The translations under genes and the position numbers were made by a program. Shown here one piece after another: positions 28,990 to 36,121 of a stretch of DNA of 41,833 bases; the stretch's first letter is position 1; each line of letters begins with the position of its first letter. This stretch comes from a virus (Duplodnaviria > Caudoviricetes). The stretch covers positions 1 through 41,833 of the IMG/VR virus record IMGVR_UViG_3300034411_000160. The stretch is one strand, 5' to 3'. The notes below the pieces were generated by a model, which saw only the letters and a program-made list of their open reading frames with translations, did not search any database and was not told where the DNA came from.

Positions 28990-29006
28990 GTTGTGCATAT
29001 GTTACA
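28990..29006 (+). promoter_or_regulatory. Operator-like box 2
   Basis: GTTGTGCATATGTTACA in the spacer of TTTACA-N17-TACAAG, upstream of the HTH-zinc finger gene. Confidence 0.55.
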
Positions 29007-29048
29007 AGTCGAGACATGTTTACGCAAGAAACGGTAACGAACGCGATC

Positions 29049-29405
29049 ATGTCAAGAAAAATCAAGTTACCTGATCAAGAGGTGACTTGGCTCCGAAAGC
29101 ATCACAATGACTTCACTCACAAAGAATTAGCTGAGAAGTACGAGGTGTGTCTTGACACGCTAAAGAGATTGCTCATGCGGCTTGAACTTCAATATTTTCC
29201 AGGTGCCAAGTATCAGATCAAGCCTGCGCCCGCTAAGTGGAGCAGACCCTGCATTCTCTGCGGGTGTGATGAACCTCGCCCCAAGAACCAGTACAGATGT
29301 GACACTTGCGTAGACCGTGAAGGAGACGCCGAGCGCGTAACCCTCGAACAGCATCAACAAACTCAGGCTCGCAAGAAGCCTTACAAGCCAGAGGTTCCTT
29401 GGTAA
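29049..29405 (+). CDS. HTH plus C4 zinc-finger protein (putative transcription regulator)
   Basis: THKELAEKYEVCLDTLKRLL HTH followed by CILC-x13-CDTC. Confidence 0.65.
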   Translation: MSRKIKLPDQEVTWLRKHHNDFTHKELAEKYEVCLDTLKRLLMRLELQYFPGAKYQIKPAPAKWSRPCILCGCDEPRPKNQYRCDTCVDREGDAERVTLEQHQQTQARKKPYKPEVPW

Positions 29406-29782
29406 TGGGCAATCCACAGAAACGAAAAGGCGACAAGTACGAAGTCGATTTAGCAAAGTGGTTCAACGAGAACATCTTCAACGAAGAGCGTTGCCAACGT
29501 GCCCCTCTAAGCGGTGGTGGTAAGATAGGATTACAGGCTGGTGGTGCTGACATACTCGGTACGCCAGACGTGTTCATCGAAGCCAAGCGAGTAGAGCGCC
29601 TTAACGTACGAGACGCGATGCGCCAAGCGGAGCGCAACATAGACCAGACAAAATCTCCCGAAGCACCCGTAGTCGTGACGAGACGAAATCAAGAAGCACT
29701 AGACGACAGCCTAGTAGTCATGCGCCTCAAGGATTGGCGTCACATGTACGCAGCTCTTCTTGAAAAGCGAGGGTTCTTGTGA
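29405..29782 (+). CDS. Putative Holliday junction resolvase (PD-(D/E)XK)
   Basis: KRKGDKYEVDLAKWF, GADI, FIEAKRVERLN, AMRQA and PVVVTRRN. Confidence 0.75.
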   Translation: MGNPQKRKGDKYEVDLAKWFNENIFNEERCQRAPLSGGGKIGLQAGGADILGTPDVFIEAKRVERLNVRDAMRQAERNIDQTKSPEAPVVVTRRNQEALDDSLVVMRLKDWRHMYAALLEKRGFL

Positions 29783-29958
29783 AGGTTCTGTTCTTACTTA
29801 TATGGTTTCGGGCAGTACCAGATGTGGGCGTCAGCTATCATCACTTAGGTTCGTTCGACAATGAGACTAAGTGCGAGACAGAATTACGTAGAGCTTCGGT
29901 CTTGGTGAACGACAAGCTAGAGACAATAGAATGTATTCAAGTCCAGGTGTACAACTAA
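29779..29958 (+). CDS. 59-aa protein with a hydrophobic N-terminus and a Cys pair (not in the ORF track)
   Basis: GTGA overlap with the resolvase stop. MKVLFLLIWFRAVPDVGVSYHHLGSFDNETKCETELRRASVLVNDKLETIECIQVQVYN. Confidence 0.6.
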   Translation: MKVLFLLIWFRAVPDVGVSYHHLGSFDNETKCETELRRASVLVNDKLETIECIQVQVYN

Positions 29959-30002
29959 GTCACCTCCGAATGTAGGTACATGCCCTATAACTCCATAGGC
30001 AA

Positions 30003-30034
30003 AGGACGACACTCCCGTACGAAAGCATTAGTTT
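30003..30034 (+). promoter_or_regulatory. Putative late promoter, copy 5 (AGGACGAC-N18-TAGTTT)
   Basis: Intergenic, upstream of the gene run leading into the lysis cassette. Confidence 0.6.
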
Positions 30035-30040
30035 ATTTCA

Positions 30041-30193
30041 ATGGCACGTAGATCAAGCCCAAATTCAAAACGCGGTCGAGCAGCTAAGTCTGCGCGACAG
30101 AAAATATTACGTACACCCAAAACTACCGTGTCGGTCAATGGAGTTGTACGCCGTGGCAGTAGCCGAAGTAATCGCCCTAGCAAGCGCAGCTAA
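30041..30193 (+). CDS. 50-aa highly basic peptide, possibly leaderless (not in the ORF track)
   Basis: MARRSSPNSKRGRAAKSARQKILRTPKTTVSVNGVVRRGSSRSNRPSKRS, with 16 R/K and no D/E. Confidence 0.5.
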   Translation: MARRSSPNSKRGRAAKSARQKILRTPKTTVSVNGVVRRGSSRSNRPSKRS

Positions 30194-30626
30194 CTCTGCT
30201 TACGCAGTTATCAAGAAAGCTGTATCGAATGGTCGTGAGTTGTCTTCCGTCGCTTCATCTATAGGCGTGATGCTAGACAGCGAGACCAAGTTAAAAGACG
30301 CCAGTAAGAAAAAGAGTTCCCCCTTCACCAACCTTCTTGGCAAGGGTGCATCTGACTTCGAAGCCTTTCAGAAACTTGAAGAGATGAAGGACAACAGAAA
30401 CTCCCTTCGCTCAATCTGCATGTTGTATGGAAAGCCAGGGACTTGGGAACGCTTCGTACAGTTCGAGGCCGAGGCAAGACGTAAGAGAGCGGAAGCTCAG
30501 AAGCGAGCTGAAGAAGAGGCGGAAAGAAGACTGGTCGTCATTTCGTACTGCATCGCTGGCCTCATCGCCGCATCGGGTTTCGGCGGCTTCGCTTACTATG
30601 TTCTTTGGTACAAGGGGGTTGTGTAA
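30153..30626 (+). CDS. Coiled-coil protein with a C-terminal transmembrane helix
   Basis: GGAG RBS before GTG 30153. Hydrophobic C-terminal segment. Confidence 0.6.
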   Translation: MAVAEVIALASAANSAYAVIKKAVSNGRELSSVASSIGVMLDSETKLKDASKKKSSPFTNLLGKGASDFEAFQKLEEMKDNRNSLRSICMLYGKPGTWERFVQFEAEARRKRAEAQKRAEEEAERRLVVISYCIAGLIAASGFGGFAYYVLWYKGVV

Positions 30627-30859
30627 TGTACGTGATGGTAGTCCTCCTCATAATGGGTAGTGAGTACAAGATACACGCGGCCCCTCTGCTATTCAGAGAC
30701 CACAGATCCTGCCACCAAGAGAAGGTAGATTACGAAAAGACTTTAGAAAAGACGAAGCCTAGTGACGGTTCGTATAGTGTGCGTTGCATACAGATGAACA
30801 CTTCGTCGGCGGCAGCTCCGCTGGTGCGGAGCCGCTTGATAGCCGATAGCAGGAACTGA
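30626..30859 (+). CDS. Small protein with a hydrophobic N-terminus and a Cys pair
   Basis: TAATG coupling. MYVMVVLLIMG...FRDHRSC...VRCIQ. Confidence 0.55.
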   Translation: MYVMVVLLIMGSEYKIHAAPLLFRDHRSCHQEKVDYEKTLEKTKPSDGSYSVRCIQMNTSSAAAPLVRSRLIADSRN

Positions 30860-30866
30860 GGAACAA

Positions 30867-31142
30867 ATGGTGGGCCTAGAACATATTATTACTATAGCTG
30901 TCGCAATCGCAGGCAGTGCTGGCTTCTGGTCCTTCATGGCCGTACGAGAAAAGCAGCGTCGGGATGCCAACTCCGAATACCAAACCACACTAAAGACACA
31001 GGTAGATAGGCTGGCTAACAAGTTGGACGAAAAAACCTCGCAAATAGAGGCACTATTAAAAGAGATAGCGGAGTTACGCTCAGATTTATCAGCGGCCAAA
31101 ACAACCATCACTCACCTAGAGACACTCCTCCGCAACAGATGA
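30867..31142 (+). CDS. Membrane-anchored coiled-coil protein (possible holin/antiholin-like)
   Basis: N-terminal TM segment plus heptad repeats, GAGGA RBS, upstream of the endolysin. Confidence 0.45.
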   Translation: MVGLEHIITIAVAIAGSAGFWSFMAVREKQRRDANSEYQTTLKTQVDRLANKLDEKTSQIEALLKEIAELRSDLSAAKTTITHLETLLRNR

Positions 31143-31541
31143 TTGGCAATTCAAGACAACATATACAGTGGCAGAGCAGCAGAGTTCTACGCCGCTTATG
31201 TCATGGAGAACATGGGTCTTCGTATAACTCATGTCGATCTACCGTACGATGATTTGTGGGCAGCAGTCCCTGGTGGAAAGATCGTACGAGTACAAGTCAA
31301 GTCTTCCTTACGCCCACAAATAAGAACAGATGTGGCGTGCCGTACGAAAAGATACGACTTCAAGGTGAACCCACACCGACGTTCCTCCTACGATGGCGTG
31401 TATATCTTTGTCGCTCTCGACCAAGAGCTAATGTTTGCACGCAGATGGGACGACAAGCCCCCAATATCTCTTAAAGTTAATATCCGAGAGTTCACACCAG
31501 AGCATCAAGCTGAAACTTTACGACGGGAGTTTAACCTATGA
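31143..31541 (+). CDS. PD-(D/E)XK endonuclease-like protein
   Basis: GRAAEFYAAY...PYDDL...RVQVKS, with a TTG start. Confidence 0.7.
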   Translation: MAIQDNIYSGRAAEFYAAYVMENMGLRITHVDLPYDDLWAAVPGGKIVRVQVKSSLRPQIRTDVACRTKRYDFKVNPHRRSSYDGVYIFVALDQELMFARRWDDKPPISLKVNIREFTPEHQAETLRREFNL

Positions 31542-32206
31542 GAAAGATCGACAAGATTGTAGTTCATTGCAGTGCTACAAGACCAGATTGGATGTCAGCA
31601 GATGGCATCAACGAACAGCTAAAAGAGATAGACAAGTGGCACCGCGAACGCGGGTTCGACATGATCGGGTACTCGTACCTAGTGTCTCGAAACGGCGAGG
31701 TCGTACAGGGTCGCCCCCTCGAAAAAACTCCCGCCGCCCAGAAGGGTCACAACACAGGATCAATCGCTATCTGTCTGATCGGTGGCTTCGGATCTGACGC
31801 CGACGACTTGGCAACAGATCACTACACTCCTGTTCAGCTTGCCCGTGCGTACGCCCTTATCCGTGAGCTACAAGAACAGTTCAATGTAAAGAACGACAAC
31901 GTACTAGGACATAACAGATTAAGCACCAAGGCGTGCCCAGGCTTCCGAGTTCAGAAGTGGTTGGCTGGCATGTCCCTATCGGAAGCTACGCAGAAGAAAC
32001 CAGAGCGTACGAAGGCTGGCCAAAGTAAGACGGTCAAGGCTTCTGCTGCAACTGTCGCCGCATCCGCAGGCACAACTGTCACCGCCCTCTCGGGCATGAA
32101 CGAAAACGCTCAGTACATCATCCTTGGATTTGCAGGCATCACTATCCTGTTTGGTTTATACATAATGCGGGAACGACTTAAAGCATGGTCAGAAGGCTGG
32201 CACTAA
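31538..32206 (+). CDS. Endolysin, N-acetylmuramoyl-L-alanine amidase (T7-lysozyme-like) with a hydrophobic C-terminus
   Basis: IVVHCSAT, IDKWHRERGF, IGYSY, GRP, GHN and KACPGF zinc-amidase motifs. Confidence 0.9.
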   Translation: MRKIDKIVVHCSATRPDWMSADGINEQLKEIDKWHRERGFDMIGYSYLVSRNGEVVQGRPLEKTPAAQKGHNTGSIAICLIGGFGSDADDLATDHYTPVQLARAYALIRELQEQFNVKNDNVLGHNRLSTKACPGFRVQKWLAGMSLSEATQKKPERTKAGQSKTVKASAATVAASAGTTVTALSGMNENAQYIILGFAGITILFGLYIMRERLKAWSEGWH

Positions 32207-32440
32207 ATGTTCGGTATGCAAAAACTTCAGCTATACGCGCTGGTTGGCGCGGCATTCGTACTCGGGCTGCTTGGAATTTATTCGGCAGGCGTCGCGCGGG
32301 GGCAAGATAAAATCAAGAGAAAGATAGACGAGAAGCGTTTAGCCAACGTCAGATCACAAAGGAAAATCACAAATGAAATTGACGACCTTGATCAAGATGA
32401 GTTGTTTCACCGTGGGACTAAGTGGATGCGCGACGATTAG
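32207..32440 (+). CDS. Putative i-spanin (Rz-like)
   Basis: N-terminal TM segment plus coiled coil, directly after the endolysin. Confidence 0.6.
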   Translation: MFGMQKLQLYALVGAAFVLGLLGIYSAGVARGQDKIKRKIDEKRLANVRSQRKITNEIDDLDQDELFHRGTKWMRDD

Positions 32441-32579
32441 TGGTGATACGTATTGTGATATAGCCGCGCCGCTATATTTTGAGAACGAAGACACAGTTAA
32501 TTTCCTCATCGAAAAAGATGAGGATCTATTAAAGACCATATTGATACACAACGAGACGCACCAAAAGGTGTGCGAATAG
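32373..32579 (+). CDS. Putative o-spanin lipoprotein (Rz1-like)
   Basis: Signal peptide with lipobox LSGC. Overlaps the i-spanin in another frame and has extra Cys residues. Confidence 0.65.
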   Translation: MKLTTLIKMSCFTVGLSGCATISGDTYCDIAAPLYFENEDTVNFLIEKDEDLLKTILIHNETHQKVCE

Positions 32580-32617
32580 GGTATTGATAATTCCACTGAC
32601 TGCTTCACGTTAAGTGT

Positions 32618-33046
32618 ATGGAACGACTAATAAATAAATACGGCAGTCAGCTCTCACAATTAGAGTACGAACTTTTGGTATTGCCGCCCAAAAAAGAGTT
32701 GGACGAACAGCACAATCGTGCGCGCACTTACTTCATGTCTTCTCATACGCGACGTTGCTTCGGTATATTGGTTATACGCAACACCCTTCACAAAGAACTA
32801 ACAACTATAACTGACACCGCCAAGTTACTTGGCATCAGTCGCAACTCTGCCGAGACTATCGCAAACGATTGTGAGGCCGAAGGTTGGATAGAGAGTGACA
32901 GAACTACAAGTAACCGTCGTTATCTGTATAGCACCCCTTTTTTACTAGAGGTCTGGTCATCATACGCCGAAAGAATGCGCGAGGTGTCAAGTAGTATCGA
33001 CTTCAGTAGCACCCATATAGCTATCAAGGCGCTCGGAAAGTTATAG
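32618..33046 (+). CDS. Winged-HTH (MarR-like) protein
   Basis: TITDTAKLLGISRNSAETIANDCEAEGWIES. Confidence 0.6.
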   Translation: MERLINKYGSQLSQLEYELLVLPPKKELDEQHNRARTYFMSSHTRRCFGILVIRNTLHKELTTITDTAKLLGISRNSAETIANDCEAEGWIESDRTTSNRRYLYSTPFLLEVWSSYAERMREVSSSIDFSSTHIAIKALGKL

Positions 33047-33078
33047 CCAAACCACTTGGTGTTTCCAAGCATCGCTTT

Positions 33079-33095
33079 GTAGTGCATATCTTACA
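33079..33095 (+). promoter_or_regulatory. Operator-like box 3
   Basis: GTAGTGCATATCTTACA, intergenic and upstream of the luxR-like/integrase genes. Confidence 0.55.
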
Positions 33096-33170
33096 GCCTA
33101 CTTAATAAAAATAATAATGAAGCAGCAACAGCAGCTTACAGGAGAAGTGTGTTTAACAGATCGAAAGGTG

Positions 33171-33200
33171 TTGACAAAGATGTATCATAACCACTACATA
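33171..33200 (+). promoter_or_regulatory. Sigma70-type promoter containing operator-like box 4 (inverted, 33181-33197)
   Basis: Perfect TTGACA at 33171. The reverse complement of 33181-33197 is GTAGTGGTTATGATACA. Confidence 0.6.
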
Positions 33201-33239
33201 GAAGACAGCTCAGAAACCTCTGGGCATTTTAAATCAACA

Positions 33240-33713
33240 ATGGATCGTTATGAAACAATGTCAAACAGTACACAAAGTCTTCGTTTCGAACTTGCCAGAC
33301 TTGAGGCAAAGCTCGACATCATCACCAATCTTTTACTGCAAAGCACAAATGCGGCACCAGCTATCAAGGAAGCAGCCAATCCAGTTGCACCCGCCGAGCT
33401 GTCTTTACTTCGTACCATGACAGCGAAGCAGCATGTGACTGCCCAATTCTTAATAGAAGGCTGGTCAAACAAAGCCATAGGAGATGTTCTTAATATAGCA
33501 GAGAACACCGTTAAGCTGCACGTTCGGGCCGTATGTAAGAAAGTCGGTACTAAAACCAGAGGCCAAGCTGCCTTAGTAATACACGACATACTCGACCGCG
33601 TTGACCCGACTGAGTACCAAAGATCTTCGGGCGGCTTACCAATCGACTGGGCTAGAACCTACGACGGTTCCAAGCCTGACCCATATGAAAACTTATATCG
33701 AAAGGAGGACTAA
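33240..33713 (+). CDS. LuxR/GerE-type HTH regulator without a ligand-binding domain
   Basis: MTAKQHVTAQFLIEGWSNKAIGDVLNIAENTVKLHVRAVCKKVGTKTRGQA. Start is 33240 or 33258, because the longer ORF overlaps the promoter. Confidence 0.8.
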   Translation: MDRYETMSNSTQSLRFELARLEAKLDIITNLLLQSTNAAPAIKEAANPVAPAELSLLRTMTAKQHVTAQFLIEGWSNKAIGDVLNIAENTVKLHVRAVCKKVGTKTRGQAALVIHDILDRVDPTEYQRSSGGLPIDWARTYDGSKPDPYENLYRKED

Positions 33714-33716
33714 ACT

Positions 33717-34724
33717 TTGCCGCTCTTCAAAGTTAAGAAGCGCAGCGGTGGAAAAATGTATCAAGCGGTTGGCTCGTTCCAAGGTTTCCGCGTTCGACAT
33801 TCTCTAGGAACCAATGACTACGTACATGCAAAAGAACTATGCGCTGAGTACGAAGCGAAGGTTTTAGCAGGAACTATAAAGCTCGGGCAGAAATCAATTC
33901 ATGGAGCACAGAACAGATTTAAATCTGTCGCTCGCCGCTATCTCAAATCGCCCCACACGGGGAGCAGCAAGTCAACCAAGGAGTACGTCATGCGTCTCGT
34001 CAATCACTTCGGAGAGTTTCAGATCAACAAGATCGACCTCAACGATGTTGAAGAATATGTAGAGGAGAAGCATGTCAATCGTGGCAATGCGAACTCAACA
34101 ATTCGCAGAGACCTTAACCAACTCCAAGGCGTACTCAACTTCGCTGCATCCCTCGGGTTACGTGAACCAGTAAAGTTAAAGAAGCCACGCGAAGGCAAGC
34201 ACAAAACGGATACGCTATCGCAAGAAGAGATCGACACAATCTTTCCCGACTTGCATCCAGACATCCGCCGCCTTTGCAACTTCCTACTCCATACTGGTGC
34301 TCGTCCCATTGAGGCGATGCGTCTGACCTATGACAACGTAGACTTCAGCAACAACACTGTAGTCCTCGGATCGTACAAAGGTGCAGATGGAGAACTTAGG
34401 GAGCGTCGGGTGCCCCTCAACGACAAGGCACTCTTAACAATCCCACGCAGTGATCCACCCCCTGCGTCGTACCCATTCATGATAGACGGGCGACCGTTCG
34501 AAACTAACAAACAGATTGGGTATCATTGGCGTAAAGTGACCGACAGGCTAGAAATAAGAAAGTCACCTTACACCTTGCGACATACATTCGCTACGCGTCT
34601 TGCGCGTAACGGAGTACCACCCAAAGTAATCGCAGATTTACTTGGGCACTCAGATCTAAAGATGGTGATGCGTTACATGAACACCACTTACGAAGATCAT
34701 AAAGCAGCCGTGATGTCCCTGTAA
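33717..34724 (+). CDS. int: Tyrosine recombinase / phage integrase
   Basis: HTGARPIEA (R), YKG (K), YTLRHTFAT (YxxR variant of HxxR), LLGHSD and MRY. GGAGG RBS with a TTG start. Confidence 0.93.
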   Translation: MPLFKVKKRSGGKMYQAVGSFQGFRVRHSLGTNDYVHAKELCAEYEAKVLAGTIKLGQKSIHGAQNRFKSVARRYLKSPHTGSSKSTKEYVMRLVNHFGEFQINKIDLNDVEEYVEEKHVNRGNANSTIRRDLNQLQGVLNFAASLGLREPVKLKKPREGKHKTDTLSQEEIDTIFPDLHPDIRRLCNFLLHTGARPIEAMRLTYDNVDFSNNTVVLGSYKGADGELRERRVPLNDKALLTIPRSDPPPASYPFMIDGRPFETNKQIGYHWRKVTDRLEIRKSPYTLRHTFATRLARNGVPPKVIADLLGHSDLKMVMRYMNTTYEDHKAAVMSL

Positions 34725-34725
34725 C

Positions 34726-34742
34726 TGGGTCAGACACACAAC
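34726..34742 (-). promoter_or_regulatory. Operator-like box 5
   Basis: Reverse complement GTTGTGTGTCTGACCCA, 14/17 identical to the box at 40903. Confidence 0.45.
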
Positions 34743-34787
34743 GAGAACGAAGACCGAAAGTTATGAAAAGATTTATGGATTTACCTA

Positions 34788-34816
34788 TTGCAGATCATAA
34801 GCGTACAGACTATTCC
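34788..34816 (+). promoter_or_regulatory. Promoter for the reconstituted tRNA
   Basis: TTGCAG-N17-TATTCC, ending 7 nt before the tRNA 5' end. Confidence 0.55.
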
Positions 34817-34823
34817 GATCCAC

Positions 34824-34864
34824 GGAGATGTGGCCGAGTGGTCGAAGGCGCTCCCCTGCTAAGG
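34824..34864 (+). other. attP core: 5' half of tRNA-Ser(GCT)
   Basis: GGAGATG-TG-GCCGAGTGGTCGAAGGC-G-CTCCC-CTGCTAA-GG gives the acceptor 5' strand, D-arm and anticodon loop GCT. Similarity stops there (no variable arm, T-arm or CCA). About 100 bp after the integrase. Confidence 0.85.
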
Positions 34865-34982
34865 TATTTCCATACCAACTACCATAACTTTCGGTGCTTA
34901 TTGAGCAGCCCAAGACGTGACAACTCTTGGTTTAATAATCACCTGCATCGTTAAAGATGCGCCAGAAATATGGTACTAAAAA

Positions 34983-35675
34983 ATGACAAATCACACAACT
35001 TCAGTGCTTGAAATAACCAACTTAACAATAAGTGGATCAGCCTACGCCCAGACCAGTGAAGGAGATACATGTTACATATCAGTCAACATGGCGCAGGCAA
35101 CCAACGTGGCCATCGGAGACAGATACTACGCACAGATGAAGGATAACTATCCAGAGCGATCTTACGTCGCAAAGTATATCGCCATCTATCTCGACGTGAA
35201 CCATGAGGAAACCTACATTGTAGGTGAGGACGAAGACTACTACGACGAAGACGGCATCGTAGTAGACGAAGATCCACAGCCCACGAAGGTTGTCACAACT
35301 CAAACCCCGAGATCAGTTGTGGAAACTGTGACTGCCACACCCAGTTTGCACGATATAAGAGAACAAATGTTTAGTATTTTGCTAGACATGGACAACTCTG
35401 AACTCGACGACATGATCATCGGTATCCTCGACGTGGACGCGATGTCATTCGTTGATGTCCTTTGGTCCGTCCTCAACGTCAATCAAATAGCTTTGAAGGA
35501 TATGAACAAGGCACAGAAGGGATGCTACACCAAGGTCCAAAGTCGTTGCATGACGTTAGCGCGCGCGGGTAAACTGGTGGAGGCCAGCTATACCACCCAC
35601 AACGCGCTCGGACAGTCCAACACGTCGCTCGTTTATGCACGTCGAATGGAACAGGTAAACCCAACTCTCGTTTAG
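34983..35675 (+). CDS. Hypothetical protein (possible OB-like N-terminus, acidic linker, helical C-terminus)
   Basis: 230-aa ORF with a beta-rich N-terminal GSAYAQT...CYIS...IGDRYYA segment. Confidence 0.55.
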   Translation: MTNHTTSVLEITNLTISGSAYAQTSEGDTCYISVNMAQATNVAIGDRYYAQMKDNYPERSYVAKYIAIYLDVNHEETYIVGEDEDYYDEDGIVVDEDPQPTKVVTTQTPRSVVETVTATPSLHDIREQMFSILLDMDNSELDDMIIGILDVDAMSFVDVLWSVLNVNQIALKDMNKAQKGCYTKVQSRCMTLARAGKLVEASYTTHNALGQSNTSLVYARRMEQVNPTLV

Positions 35676-35724
35676 TAAACGCTGGGCCTTCTCGGGTGCC
35701 CCCCTGCGCAGATAGATAATCAAA

Positions 35725-35753
35725 ATAAAGGGCGGTCAGTTACCGCCCTTTAT
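35725..35753. terminator. Bidirectional terminator between convergent operons
   Basis: ATAAAGGGCGGT-CAGTT-ACCGCCCTTTAT, a perfect 12-bp stem. Confidence 0.75.
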
Positions 35754-36014
35754 CAATTCCATCACCCGATAAATCCTACTCGTCGGAGTAGTCGCGCCGA
35801 CCAACTCTGTTCGTACGCGCTCGATCATTTTCTTTTTCCAGTCCTCATTCTTCAGCGCCAACGTCAACGCCAGCACGAGCATGTCGTTGTCTCGCATCTC
35901 TTGCGTAACTCCACACCGTACGTAACCATCGTCGTCAATCGAAAGCGCTGGTGTCTTCGTGTCCGTGACGTACAATCTCTTTCGTACGTATTTAATCTCA
36001 GGCTGCTTACTCAA
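35736..36014 (-). CDS. Hypothetical protein
   Basis: GAGGAG RBS before TTG 36014 (MSKQPEIKYVRKRL...). Confidence 0.55.
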   Translation of the reverse strand: MSKQPEIKYVRKRLYVTDTKTPALSIDDDGYVRCGVTQEMRDNDMLVLALTLALKNEDWKKKMIERVRTELVGATTPTSRIYRVMELIKGGN

Positions 36015-36121
36015 AACGGTGGCTCCTCGTCCTTGTCTTTTGGTTTCCACACGATGTCCGTATTGAACATCGCTATCATCCAGCCCACCAAATTCGTGGG
36101 CCAAGCGTTATCTTTTTCCAT
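36011..36121 (-). CDS. 36-aa hypothetical protein (not in the ORF track)
   Basis: MEKDNAWPTNLVGWMIAMFNTDIVWKPKDKDEEPPF, with TTGA coupling to the next gene. Confidence 0.45.
   Translation of the reverse strand: MEKDNAWPTNLVGWMIAMFNTDIVWKPKDKDEEPPF

Larger units (their letters stand above)
34753..34895. repeat. 13-bp perfect inverted repeat flanking attP
   Basis: ACCGAAAGTTATG (34753-34765) and CATAACTTTCGGT (34883-34895). Confidence 0.8.

Noticed and set aside
33117-33239. Upstream extensions from the ORF track (also 193, 4872, 26617, 26497, 40935)
   Set aside because: They run through promoters, operator boxes or neighbouring genes. Downstream starts fit better, most with a clear RBS.
34824-34910. 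Complete phage tRNA-Ser gene
   Set aside because: The sequence diverges 2 nt after the anticodon loop, with no variable arm, T-arm or 3' acceptor strand.
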